A DNA stretch of 64,000 nt, taken from assembly GCA_001949185.1 (NCBI GenBank), contig BDGG01000002.1, forward strand, positions 8,422,448 through 8,486,447, given 5' to 3'. Position numbers and translations under genes: made by a program. The notes under the pieces were generated by a model. That model worked only from the letters and a program-made list of their open reading frames with translations, was not told the DNA's origin and made no database searches. Every line of letters starts with the position of its first letter. Within the stretch, counting starts at the first letter, position 1. Below are positions 36,409 to 50,033 of the stretch, in pieces. The stretch comes from Ramazzottius varieornatus (Eukaryota > Animalia > Tardigrada).

Positions 36409-39400
36409 TCAACAGACATCAGTTATGTCCTCGTCTTCTCGAATGGGCGCCAAGAGATGCGTGCCCACATGGACCGGCGCGGTCTGGCCAGCTGGTAGGA
36501 GATGATGGCCTACCACGGCACCATGACTTCCGCCTACTGCATGATAATGCAGTGGGCCATGAGGTCCTACTTGACTGATTAGGCCGTCCTTGCCGCCTAC
36601 TGCACGAAGGCCCAGTGTGCCGTTGACGCCTACTGCCAAGGCTTTCAAGTGACCATTAGGCACGGCCTTGTGTGGCGCCGTTGCGTTACCGTGCTCCAGC
36701 GTGTGAAGACTACTGTCGTTGCTGACGGGAGGGGACGAGTTATTCAGCGAGCTGGCTGGCACAAGTTCGACCGTCACCTTGAAGTTGACTTGGACTTTTC
36801 GATACTTTCTGCGGATGTGTTTGACCAGCGGAAAGAGGAGAAGAATGAGAGAAGCTAGGATCATTCCAGCACCGGCCGTGTAGAATGTCAGGTCGTATTT
36901 GGCGGTCAAGTCGAATAGGAAACCTGAAAACAGACCTCGTCACTTATCTCACTTCGTTTCCTTCAACCAAGACAGTTATTGTTTGTGGCGCACTATTCCG
37001 TCTAGTAACAATGACAACGTGCGTCACTTGAAGAACAAGCTTGACAAGACTGTCGCTCCAAGCGGCGACGCTTCCACTGTTATTGGCAGAAAAGGCGCGC
37101 CACTCAGGGCAAAAGCCCTGTCCAACTCCAAACCACGGGATCCTATTTTTGCTGGAGAATGCTTACCGGCCATGGGAGGTCCAAAGAGCGTAGCGATGCC
37201 CTGGGCGAAGTAAAGGAGTCCGAAAGCCGAGCTAAAATACTTTTCGTCGACGATGTCAACGAGGATGACAGCGAAGAGAGGGTTAGAGCCACTGATGAAA
37301 AAGCCAAAAAGACCACTATAAGCCGCCAAGGCTTCATAGGTAATCAAGAAAGGAACAAAGATCGTCAAGACTCCACAAACTAGCGTGGACACCGCAAAGA
37401 GGACTAGACTGTTGCACCACTCGCGATCACCGAGATAGCCGTAAATGGGCTGGCCGATCGTCGTCACGATACCGATAATCGACAGCAGGAACGAAGCTTT
37501 CTGAAACCCGGACAAAACACCATCAGTACTGACAACAGCCACGTCTCATCGCCAGAAACCTCGCGAAATAAGGTCGGCGAGATGGCTTTTCCCAGTGGCG
37601 CACGCTTTCAGCTTTCGACACCGAGCACGTGCGCCACCTGGTGATATATCTTGACGAACTTTCGAAGTGGCGCACTCTTATGCTTTAAAGCACCGTCCCG
37701 TGCGCCACTTGACACAGCAATCGTGCCGAGTTGGCACAGTTGCTCCTTGGTTTACCTGAAAGTCCACGCCCTGTGTGATAGCGTTATCCGAAGCAAAGTC
37801 ACAGGGAATGTCCACCACCAGGTAGAGAATGAGATTCGCCAGGCAAAAGAGAACAAACTTGGGGCTGCGAAGGGGCTTGACGTTGAACAGCAGCCGACGT
37901 ATCTGGCGCAGTTCGCGGCGGAGAGGCTTCAGAAAGAAGCGTAATTTGCCACCTTCCCCTTCCTCCTCATCTTGCGACAAGTCCACCTACACAACGAGAA
38001 ATCCAACTGAGATCAAACCCACCGTTCGCCAACTCGGGCTGGAAGCTCTGTACGAAAGCTCCACCTGACAAGATTGTTCCAACAAGTGACGCACGGTTCC
38101 AGTGTCATTGGCTAAAAGCAACTCGACGAGGGAAAGCACTCCTCGTCGAGTTTGGTTCTCTTCCCAAGTGGCGCACAGTTTTAGCGTTCCTGCCTGAAGA
38201 CGTGCGCCACTTGAAAGAAGGCCTATCGTCAGTTCGTTTGCTAATTTGCTTAGGAGTCAATGTGACTTTTTCCCACGTACCTCGGAAGTTAGGTCTGGAC
38301 ACGACAGCGACTCCATGGCGGCCAGCTTCAGCGGCACATGGAAGCCGTAGCGTTTCCAGTTGATGACGTGGTGTTGGCCAAAGAGGTAGCTCCTACGTCG
38401 GTCGATGATTCGACGTGGAAGCGGTGGCGGGGGTTTGTCAAAGCGGACGCGCTTCTTCTTCTCCACCGGCAGTAGCGGGTGGATACTGGGACTGGTCGCG
38501 TTCTTCAAGGCCGAAGCCGGTACTTGCTGCGATGTCTGACCCATCGACGGCTTGGGCAGCAGCATGTTGTCCGTACTACCCGTCTGCGGATACGTCGGCA
38601 TACCTCCGTCCAGCGAATCCTGAAAGAAAAAAGAAGGAAAACAGTCACAGGCGGAAAAAACCCATCATTACTGCTAAAGCATCGGAGCAAAGGGCTTTGG
38701 GTGGACCAACCTGTCGGAAGTAGGTGGGAACTTCAATCAGGCTGACACATCGGCGCATATTATGGACGTCGTCTGCGGACCAGGTCGACCTGGAGTCGCT
38801 GTCGGACTGGCTTTCCGAGTCGGAGGCGTTGCAGGAGCGGGAGGAGGCAAAGCCCATGTCTTCGGGTTCGCGCATCAGCGCCCCAAAGACGACAATGTTG
38901 AGGAAGACGCCCGAGAGGATGAGGAGGGTGCCCGACAGCTGGTACGTCTCCAGCAGGTAGGTAACAAACGGGGCAAAGATGAACATGCCGATGCCACTGC
39001 CGGCCGAGGAGATGCCCATGGTGAAGGACAGCTTGTTGTCGAACCAGCGCACCAAGATGAACATGGACGTCACGTACACCAACGACAGCCCGAAGCCCGA
39101 TATCAGGCCCATGGTGATGCACAGCGCGTCCACCGAGGTGGCGAACACCGACAAGCCGAAACCCACCGACGACAATATCCCACCTAGACAAAGAAATCAC
39201 CATCAGCCCATAATGAAACTGAACAAATATCCTCCCTCCGCAGGCCACTATTACTGTAGACTGTGGATAATGCGACAACTTTCCGTGACTGTGCTGTCAT
39301 AGGTTGGAACAGACTTTCCAGAATTTGGGACGTCGGCAAAACAAACTCGGCAAGATCGGCTTCCCAAGTGGCGCACATTTCCGGTCAACGATAATGAGAA

Positions 39401-40272
39401 CATGCACCACTTAGCAAAACAGTCTTGTCGACTTTTCCAAGTGACGCACGCTATCGCACCGCAACAATGAACTGGTGCGCCACTGGAGACGACGACCCAT
39501 GAGAGTTCATTTCGCCACGTCTCATTTACAGTGCTTCTTAAGAAATTCTGCCTTCAAGTCAGGCGTGTCGAAAGTGGCCTGAAAAACCTACGGGCTTTCA
39601 TTTCCATAAACTAATTACATTGTGCAGCACTCGAGTAGGACATGGAGTAGGCAACCCCTCAAGACATGAGCCACATGACACTCACAAAGTCACAGCCTTT
39701 CTTCAGAAAGGCGGTCAAAGTGACGCACACCATATTTGCAAATGATCAGACCTATTATATAAAGTGGGCGACATTACAGCAATCAGAGGCGAAGACCCAC
39801 CTAGGATGGTGACGGGTCGGCATCCATACTGTTCGGCCAGCGCTGAAGCGATAGGTCCTGCAAGACCACAAGCAACTTTTACCGTAAAATGACCAAACGC
39901 TGCTTGGAAAAGGAAGGACGTACCGGAGATGAGGGGTATGCCGCTGAATACGGAGCCCACCCAGGCCGTCTTGCCTTTACTCTCGCCAAAGACGCTGAGC
40001 AGCTCGACGAAGATGATACCGTGGGCGTTGGCCACTCCGTCGGCGATGATCTGGATAGCGAAGGAGGCAAAGACCACCACCCAACCCCAACCGCCGTCCG
40101 GCTTCAGTGTCGCCACACTCTCGGCCTCCTCATCCTCATCGTGAAGCGGCTGCCGATGCAACGGTGAGGCCACACTGTTGGCGCGGTAATGACGAGCATC
40201 AGCCGCGAACGGCGAACCTTCCAGGATAAACTCCCGTAGACGCTGCTCTTCCCCCGGCAAATCCGCCGCCAT
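36409..40272 (-). CDS. Monocarboxylate transporter (SLC16/MFS), ~7 exons
   Basis: PDGGWGWVVV, FGESKGKTAWVGS, YGCRPV..LGG, G.GLSLVY....V.RWF, GSGIG, AFGL..FAQGIA.L.GPP.AG. Confidence 0.92.
36985..39486. repeat. 72-bp-period hairpin family, paired units in four SLC16 introns (36985-37106, 37592-37711, 38083-38213, 39365-39486)
   Basis: Same arms and A/C-rich GACAAGAC / GTCTTGTC linker. Confidence 0.8.
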
Positions 40273-42703
40273 CTAACCCACTTCTCGACGAAGAAAAACC
40301 CGACCGAAATCTCAACACCTGCAACCAATCTTGTCCATATCACCCAAAACAACCCAGTTCGGCGATAAAACTGCATCCTGAGCTTTTTACTCGCGATTTC
40401 ATCCACCTGAATACACCTGATCGTCATGATTAGCACGAAGCGGAAGTATGTAGGTGCATGAAGTCAATACTACTCGTGACGACTGCTTTCCTGTTGATTT
40501 CACCCACCTACGTAAACCAAGCCGCACATGCACTACGACCTGGAAGTATATAGGTGCGTGAAATCAGAGAAACAATATCCTTGTATCATATTATATACTG
40601 TACCTGGATGGAACTGAATAAACTCTTTGTGAGGAACGGATTGAAGGAGAAAAACGTAAAAATCTTTGAGTGGCGAAGTGTGGGGAAAAGATGGAGAGGT
40701 TTACTGGGGTTATAAGTTATATCACAGCTTCTGCCTGTCTTTTCCTCTTTACAAAGAGGTCGTAGAGACTTGTATTAGTAGTTGGTCTTGACTACTTTGG
40801 GCCGGACTAGAGGTGGTTTTTGATGACGAAGGGTCGCAGGAGAGGACTTCCCAGACGTCGATGCCGAAGGTCCAGAGGAGGGTGCTGCGCGGCAGCTTCT
40901 GCCGACACAAAACCTGACAGAGGAACTTCTGCTTCTGCCCCAGAAAGGCCTTCGAGTCAGCGTATTGATTACAGGAGCGCTTGCGGTACTTCATCCACTT
41001 GGAGGAGCTTTTTCTGCAACAAGGAAACACTCATCATCGTCAAGTTCAACTAAGTTAGACCAAAGCCCCATCGATTATCGACTGCATTTTCCACTCTTTT
41101 ACGTCTCTCCCCTAATTACTTCTTCCACATAAAAAAGAACCAATTGTGCTGCTGGCCATTTTCCATGTTCTTTATAGGCCTTTCATCTCTAGTCTCAGGT
41201 TGAAGGAACTCACAAACTCGCAAGGGAAATTCATCTGGATGGCAACCTACTTTCTTTCAATCAACCAGCCCAATCAACTCATTTACCAACCGACGTCACT
41301 CTTCGGACAGTACGGTTGGCCATGCATACCGAAAACAACCTACAGTGGCTGGCCGTTGGGAGGAAACGGGGACTATTCCAGTTTTTGGCCTGGAATATTC
41401 GTAGAAAAAGGTCGGGCTGAGCGTCATCGTCGCTTGTTTTTGTAAGGAGGGCACGACCTCAACACTTTGCATATTTTGAAAGTTTAAACTATGAAGAAAA
41501 ATGAGAAAGGAAAGAATAACAGCGATCATGTGCTGACCAAGCTGAAATCGATGTGGGGAGAGCGAATGGAGCGTGACAGCCCGACAGGAAGAACCATCTC
41601 CGATGGCGCAGCGCAGATCAAGTGTCAACATAAACATGATGGATCAAGGTGACTCTTCTCCTCTACAGCACTACTTCTCTATCCAATCTTCCAAATGTGC
41701 ACTGTAGTCAACCACACTAATCATAAACTACCAAAATATCTCAAACATTCTGACATTTCGACGGTGGAATATTTCAAAGAATTTAGCGTGATTTACGGAA
41801 ATTCGACAAAGACAGTCTATACTTCGTTTCATGAATTTCAAAAAGGTTTCTGCCTTCGTAAGACGTCCGAAGGTTGTCAGTAATCAGCGCACATGGCGGG
41901 AAGACGCTACAAGTAGCGTGAAAGGTAGTTTTACGTAATCGTGGTCGTTAATTCTGATAAGATATTATTCCGCAAGGACAATCAACAAGACTCAATCAAC
42001 TCGTCAAGATTGATCCACGCGAGTGCAATCCAACGTGATGACGGAATCCTCTACCCCGTATTTAGCGGATAACAACTGGCGTCACTCAGACCGACATGAA
42101 AATCTGCTTTCTACTGCTGTTTTCGGAATCCTCGGGCTTGAATGAAAATGATCGAAGTTATCTTCATTTGACAGTTTGACTCACCTCATTCTCATGCAAC
42201 AGCGGCCCTTGGCATAATATGGTGGATCAACAGAGGTGACGGAACAGTCTGCAGGTCTACAACAGGATGAAAGGAACAATTGGGGAAAAATACAGACAGG
42301 AGGCTCAAATCCGTGGAGTTACTCAGCTGATCGTGACTCGTGAGGGAAGAGGATCGAGCGGAAGCCTAGAAACGACGGCGAAGGTGGCAAGGTGCTAAAG
42401 CACGATCAATATGAAAACCCTCAGGAAGTACAGCAGCTGAAGGTTCAACAACCAGCTCTCCAGAAGAACACAATAGCTGCGTGGCACCCAGTGTCTGTGA
42501 ACCGTGAGAGATGCTCGAGTTGCGTGCTGTAGAAATGAACCTTTGAAGTTTGTAGAAAAACCATCACGGCAAATGACTCATCGTTGGACCTTGGCCCACC
42601 CATACCTTTCACTTGCTACATGGAGTGTCATAAGATGGCAGCACCAGTCCTGTACACGGATGGTGGACGTCTTTGAATCGGCGCTCGATTTCTAGGAACG
42701 AAC

Positions 42704-44377
42704 CAGTGTTGTATTTAGTTTCGGTCTTAGACTGATGAAATATCAGTTTTCATATCAGTTTCAGTTTTCGTCTCAAGACTAGACTAAATTAGCGTATCAT
42801 TGAGTCGGACTCAGAATAAAATGGTAGAGACTGTACTGTATTGGCAGCGCAGGGGCTGGAGCCAAACATCGGTGATACCGAAACTGATATGCAGAGACTA
42901 AAACTGATGTACGAGAGACTGAAACCAAAACTGAGGGACTGAAATTGACGACCCAGGGACTGAAATGAAAATGCAAGGACTGAAATCGAAGTGCCTCGCG
43001 CGAAAACTGGTTTAGACAAAAACGAAGTTCAAAAACACTAAAAAGAATGCAGTAAAGTACCGTTTTTAGTCTATGAAACTATCATTAAAGTTTTGCTTTA
43101 CGGAACGGTTCCACAATGAATTTTAATTGTTCGCGTTGCTTTTCTTACGGAGACATGGGTTGATAAAATGGAAGGATAAGGTACAGCGAAGCAAGCTCGC
43201 GAAGAGTCCGAAACTGATTCTGACTTTGGAATCGGGTTTCTCAGGGTATAACGAGAACCGTTTAGAATCTCCCTTACGAAACTTCAGACGTGTTTGCTGA
43301 ACCATTTGGTCAGACAGCCTTCGAACGCATTCTGGTACGCAAATACCCATAGATCCACCTTGTCTTCGCCCATTTCAATCATCCAGAAAACTGCCCTATC
43401 TTCACCAAAAAAAGATTAGGAGAACGAAATTTTCCAGGGGACTGATATAAAGACGAAATTTCAGGGACTAAAACTGATACCGTTCAAGATCCCACCTCAG
43501 ATTCCACCTCAAACCATATGGCATCTCAAACCAAATCACTCAAACCGGTTTCGATCTCACGCCAAACCATATGAACCACTGGTTTATGTGGTTTAGTATG
43601 GTTTGCGGTAAAGGGAAATTTCATACGAAATCTGCAGATTCTGTGCTAGAAGTCGGGCCGACATTGGCCGTCTGACAGTGCCACTCTTTTTCCCCCCACT
43701 GCCACCGTGCGCAGCCACATCCTTCTGATTACCACGTGATGCACAGCTTTAACTGGGTGAGCACTGTGTCATAAGCTGCGCGACATCAGAACTACGCCTT
43801 CCGACAGGTAAAAATCGCAGTTCCGGCAGTGTTGGACAACACTGCTGGTGGAAAAATGATTGCGGCACCGCATGGCTTGCCATGGTGCTTTTTTAATTCC
43901 AGCACGCGCCAGTTTTGCCTGTTTGCGCCTGTTTGTAGAGAAACCAGCAATGGTCGCTCAACTTCTTATGTCCTCGGTGGTTGTTTTCGTTGATTAGTCA
44001 ATTGAAGTAGACTGTGTCAGAATTTACTATGTACTGGTGATCAAAAAGCTGTTCGCAAACCGTTTCAAACCGGTGGTTTATGTGGTTGGTTTTAAATGGT
44101 CTAGTTTGGAGTTTAGACCAGACCACTTTTGGTGGTTTGCGGAAGAAACCATTTTCATTTAACCGGTTTGGCATGCAAACCACCACCTAAACCAAACCAA
44201 ACCATATGGTTCAAACCATTAACAGCTCTAAAAAGAATATGTTGGGAGACTGGAAATATATCAGTCTGACTGGATTTGATATGATTATTGATCGAAGCAG
44301 TTCAGTCTGACGAGTCTGACATACCGCAAGACTAAATTGATTTCAGTCCGATGAAAACTGAAACTGAATACAGCCCT
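42704..44377. mobile_element. hAT-like non-autonomous element with subterminal ACTGAAA/ACTAAA repeats; contains a nested AAACC-repeat element (~43500-44230, ending CAGCTCTA)
   Basis: Left CAGTGTTGTATTTAGTTTCGGT versus right reverse complement AGGGCTGTATTCAGTTTCAGT; dense short subterminal repeats; no TSD confirmed. Confidence 0.55.
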
Positions 44378-45741
44378 TCTACGCGTAGCCCATACCGTGC
44401 CACGGTAACGGTGGCTGAAACTGTGATAACGTTTTGCGAGACACAACGAACTCCTTTCGTCAAACGATTTACCAACCCTTCGATGCCCGAAAGGAAATGC
44501 GAATTTGACGGCAGATGTAAACATACAGTAAGATAAAGGAAAAGAAAGGAATGATATAGGCTGTACGTCAATAGACAAAGGTAGGACGCAACCAGCTCAT
44601 ACTGGTGCTCGTGGCCACGCGCGCGGCACTGGAGTCCTGTAGCAGGGGTCCAGTCATCAATCGTTTATGGAAAATGGTTTTCGTACTTTGAGTAAATCTG
44701 ATAAGCAGAACAAGCGGCATAAGCGAAATAGTACGCTGAGAAGTTTTGATCTCGTGCGCAAATCTGACAAGCGGAACAAGTGAAGTCCTCGTATTGTGCC
44801 CTTTGATGGGCCGACAGGCGGACTAAGCGGACGAAGCGAGGCAACCGTGACTGTTGTTATGACCTTGCAGCAGGCAGAGTAACCTGCGACGAGAAACAGA
44901 GTTGTGTTTTTGAGTGCTTACCTTGATTATTGCTCGTGGCTGCTTGTGCAGACTTTTCCCTTCCCCAGAATCTGTTTCGGTTAATGCTAGCTGACACCCG
45001 AGTTCCACGTTGCATTTATCAAAAGAGATTTTGTAAAGGCGACTAATTCATCTACGAGACATTGTTCGTGGTGAACGTAATGAACTACGACGAACTTTAT
45101 GACACTATGACAAACCAAAATCGGTCCTTTGTTAAGGATGATTTGTGTTCGTTCAATTCTGCGGGAAAATGATCAATTGGCCAAAACTCAATTCAGTGCA
45201 ATGAGCAAGTACGCCATCGATAATGAGGGTGATATATTTGATGCACCTGATTGATCTGTCGCATAACCAAGGTGGTTATACTTCGACTGGTCATGCCTGA
45301 CTACAAGCTGACTTTGCTCGCTATAGCAGTACATACACCTGTGATCAAGGAATCTGCTGGTGAAGCCGAATCAAACTGGGAGCACATACGAAAGCGGATC
45401 CAGCGAGCAAAATGCCGGTGTTCAGTTCACGAGTAAGGCGAGCCTACAATTAAGCTTGCTATGCGGAGGATCCGTCAAGGAGAGTCAGTGATGTCTGTTA
45501 AATTTCGTTCCAGGTGCAAACCCGGAAGCCGTTCTTGCAGCTGAGAAATTTCCTCAACCACTAGACATCGTTCAGACGCGCGCTTGAATTCCTACTGGCA
45601 AGATCTTGTCAGCATCACTTCACTTGCAAAATCCAGCAGCTCGAGACAGTTTCAAATCAGTTCCATTACGCAGTCAGTTCCATTGCGCAAGGGCACGTCG
45701 ACTCGAATGCACTGAACCTTTCCAAGTATAATCCGGTCCAT

Positions 45742-46086
45742 GTGTCGAATGTATCCTTCCCGACTAATGGCTCAGGTCTGGATTTCCGTTTTTTGAGCCA
45801 GTACAAGTCTAGCTTGACCACTTGGTTCGTAACGACGCTCTGCACCACACTATTGCGTGGCTTGATCAACCTGGTTTTCCTGATAGCCATCTGTACCACC
45901 AAAAACCTTCGAACAGGGTCGGGAATTCTAATCGCTCATCGGACTGCAATGGAAATGTCCATGTGTTTGCTCCACATGCCCATTTACCTGGTCGGTACCA
46001 TTGTACGCTCGCAGTCTCTTTTCACCTGTCGCTTCACGCAGTTCCTCTTCATTATGACCAACGTCATTGAAGCTTACCTCATATAA
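45742..46086 (+). pseudogene. Truncated class A GPCR fragment (TM1-TM3)
   Basis: N-glycosylation-type N-terminus, GLINLVFL, KNLRTGSGILIAH, extracellular-loop C then TM3; stops abruptly. Confidence 0.6.
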
Positions 46087-47366
46087 AAACAAGACTCTGA
46101 TAGAAATCTGCAGGAATTATACAGAAATGATTTTTGGTCCATGGAGATTCCATCAGATCTATATTCTGTAGGTACTAGTTAGATCGCTGACGGGTATCAG
46201 CCAGATTACTGTAAGACATTTGGACAGACCCTCAGTGCATTTCCAAGACACTGGAAGTATCCCGCAAAGAGCGGAATAATTCTGATTTGTATTCCGATCG
46301 TACACCCATTGTGGTTTTGTCAGACAACAACCATTTACCGCTCAGGTAGACTGAAGACTTCTCACAGGTTCTAATAACTGTCTTCAAATACACCTTGCAT
46401 CTGGAAATCTATTCTTACATACGGCGTATTCCATCCGAGTTTTTCAGCTGAACAATAATGAGTGGCAGACATTGCCGTTCAATGAATTCTACGAGGAGCA
46501 ACCGCGGTAAAATTTGCAGGGAAACGATCAGGCAAAGAGGTAACAAAGAATCTACATTCGATAACTGCCTTCATGACAAAACACTTTCGATAATCTCGAA
46601 AACGACGCAGTCTCTTTAGCACCGTCGACCTAAAACAAACCTGAAAAGGGTAGGAACACGTACCAACATTGCGAAAAAAGAACTAATTTCCCAGTACCAT
46701 TGCTTCTCACCTCCATACGTGGTGTGCGGCACGAGTCATACTGAAGATAAGAAAGTTGGGAAATTGATAGTTCCTGCTTGCGTGCAAACCGAATACTCAA
46801 CTTTCGAGATTTCTTAACACTTAGAATACCAAGGGTACAACTCACTTGTCCGGCGCACAGTTACCTCGCTGTTGAAACTCTCCTGTTCCACTTTTACGTC
46901 TCGTTTTTTCACGTTTGACTGAGAGCTACATTTCTCTATCCAGTCCACCCAGCGACCACCGGCTAAACAGTGGGCAAAAAGTGTGAAATTTTTCTGAAAA
47001 ATTAGTCGTAAAATGCTGTTCGTACACAAATCCAATTCTGTCTGGCGTATCGTTTGACACAATGACTTGGAAAAAATTCAAGGCATACTAGACTGTTTTC
47101 TTTACAGTTCATAGTTTGTTTCGTTAATACTGTGCTTGCCCAGTGGTCAGAAAGAAATATGGCGCTTGCATGAAACAAAACACTATGTGGCGCAGTCTAT
47201 GACGTCATACACGCTACTACCACTAGTGGCACAGTCAAAGTTACGATCGAAAAATTCAAAATTTGATTTTACGCTTTCCGATCGCAGCCACTTAGCCTTC
47301 CTCCGTTCTTCGTCGACAACATCTTCTTCGAAGCTTTCTGTACGGTATTGTGGGATTTTGTGCACT

Positions 47367-47839
47367 ATGGAAGCTCAGCGAGAACTGGAGACAGCTTTCG
47401 GAAATCAAGGGTACGTTTTTGTCGATTTTCAAATGGGATTTCTATATGGCATTCTAACATCAAGCTCTGCAATTACAGATTGACTCTTCCTCCAAAATTA
47501 CTGCTTTTCATGGAGAAGGCTTCGCACGGTCTCGAGGGAAGGGAAGCACGATTCGCCATTTACAGAGCCCTCTGCAGTCAGATTTTCGTAAGTCGGATTG
47601 ATGTGTTTTGTCGTTTTCTGTTTGTCTGCAATGTGAACGAAGGTTTGACTGTTGTCGGTGATTGCTTTCAGGACGTTGAGCAATCCATGGCGCGAGCTGG
47701 ACCAAAGTCTGTTCTGATGTATCCTCCTGCCCTGCTGGAATACATACGGAAAATTCACGGCGGGGAAGTGGCTGGTGGTTCGGGAAGAGGAAAGATGATT
47801 GTCACGCTAGAAACTATTGCTCTAATGAAATGGTGTTGA
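47367..47839 (+). CDS. 106-aa spliced accessory gene of unknown function inside the piggyBac; exons 47367-47410, 47479-47587, 47672-47839
   Basis: Two canonical introns (GTACGT..TACAG, GTAAGT..TTCAG), phases 2 and 0, give a stop-free frame from ATG to TGA. Confidence 0.6.
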
Positions 47840-48120
47840 TTATTGAATGAGTTACTTGAATTTGATCAGTTGATTTGTTGTTGATGTTACAGTCTGGTGC
47901 AAAATGGAGTAGCCTTTTTGATTGATTAGCCATCAGTGAGCTCTGAAACTCCTTCATGGAAACAACGTGTCAGCACAATAAAACAATCAAAATTAGTCAA
48001 GTGCATCGAATAAACTGACGGAAGTGTTGCGCTTTTCATAGATATTTATGAAATTAATTACTTCAAAGAGCGTTTCTTGTACGCCTCGTGCTTTTCTTCT
48101 TGGTTTGCGAGTTTCAAGGT

Positions 48121-50033
48121 ATGGACGTTGAGGAGGAGGAATCTAAGACGGCAAGCTGTGCATCGGAAGTACCGGAGAACGATGATGAAGTTCTGGCTGA
48201 ACCTGACGTAGTGGAAACTGGGGAAGATCAGCCGGACACAGAAAGCGATGACGACGACGTGCTCTACCAGATCAACGATATCGGTCCTTACTTCAGCAAG
48301 AATGGCGCTGTCCAATGGTCGCGCTTTCCGCTTGACACTGGGAAGACTCGTAGCGTCAACAAGATGACAGGAGAAGGCGGTGTAACCCCGCATGCAAGAT
48401 CGCGCGTGATGGACATGCCGGACTGCATTGATTTGTTCCTCACTTCCGCCATAAAAGAATTGATCGTTCTGCACACAAACGAAGAGGGTAACCGTCGATN
48501 NNNNNNNNNNNNNNNNNNNNNNNNNNNNNNNNNNNNNNNNNNNNNNNNNAGCTTACGCTTGNATGATAAGAGCACTCGTGAGAAACGTGTGGAGCTGGAC
48601 AAGATGACTCATGTGCGAGAGTTCTTTGAGATGTGGTCCCTGAGTTTGAGAACCAATTATCTCCCGTACGAAAGTGCGTGTGTCGACGAGCAGCTCTTTC
48701 CGTTCAAAGGTCGATGTGGCTTCAAGCAGTACATCCCCACGAAGCCACGAAGCAAGTATGGACTCAAGTTGTTTCTCCTGTGCTGCTGTCGAACATCATA
48801 CTGCTGTAATATCCAGCTCTACACTGGAAAGCCCGTCGGAGGTAAACCAGAGAAGAATCAAGGAAAGCGTGTTGTGTTAGATCTGGTGGACTACCTAGGT
48901 AAATCTTTTGTGTTTTGATTGTAAACAAGATATCTGACCGTGTTATATGTTTGTTGTTGAAATCAATTAAGCCTGCGTTTGTTTTTCTGGTTTTAGGAGA
49001 TGACTCGGGCAGGAACGTAACGACGGATAACTTTTTCACTTCATTGGCTTTGGGCGAAGCACTTCTGAAGAAGAATATCTCACTTATTGGAACCATACGG
49101 AAAAGTAGACCGGAAATTCCCTCTGCCTTTCTGCCCAGTAAATACAGTGAAGTCCACTCCTCGCTGTTCGGCCATACTTCCGATTTCACCTTGGTTTCCT
49201 ATGTTCCAAAGAAAGGCAAGGCAGTAACTCTGCTCAGCTCCATGCACCTCGACGCGTAAGTGAAGCATGACGTTTGAGCATAACTTTGATCGAGCGCACC
49301 TTATGATTATTCGTGACGTGACGTCATGCACGAAAGATGCGTACTCATGGAGATTGTTGATCGAAAAGATGCGTGACGTCACTAAAATTTTACAGTGTTG
49401 CGGCTAAGCTATCTTACAAGATGACAGAACATCTGACGTCACAAGGTAATTTTACGTTTCAGCGACATTGACGAAAGTTCGAAAGAAGAGAAGCCTGAAA
49501 TTGTGATGGAGTACAACCGAACGAAAGCCGGGGTAGACACTCTGGACCAGCTCACCGGAAACTACAGTTGTCGACGTAAGACCAGTCGTTGGCCGATGGC
49601 GTTGTTTTACGACATTCTGGACATCTCAACGCTCGATGCGTACATCATATGGTGCGAGATCAACCCTGGTTGGAATTCCACGTTGCCCACCAAACGTCGG
49701 ATGTTCCTTCAAGACGTTAGTAAGAAGATGATGCAACGACAGCTCCTGAGACGCTCCACGACGCCTAGTATTAGTTTCAGCATGAAGAAATTCGTATCGA
49801 CCGTTGTACCACGCGTCCAAGTATCTTCAGATCAAGCAGTAGATGAGATGGCCAACACAAGCAAACCGAAAGCTTTGCAAAAGAAGCCAACTCGCTGTCG
49901 ATTTTGCCCACGGAGTCTTGGGCGAAGAAGTATCATCACTTGCAGTCTGTGTAGTCTTCATGTTTGTTCTGTCCATAGATCAGCAAAACAGATGGTTTTT
50001 TGTCTAGACTGCAGCGAGAAGAAATCTAAATGA
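48121..50033 (+). CDS. piggyBac (PGBD-type) transposase; exons 48121-48898 (contains N gap), 48997-49255, 49463-50033
   Basis: CVDEQL.PFKGRC.FKQYIP.KP.KYG, VTTDNFFTS, YNRTKAGVDTLDQ (DDD triad), C-terminal Cys-rich domain CRFC...C..C...VC..H...C..C. Confidence 0.95.

Noticed and set aside
40749-41637. Several 77-113 aa ORFs upstream of SLC16
   Set aside because: No recognisable motifs or consistent splice structure
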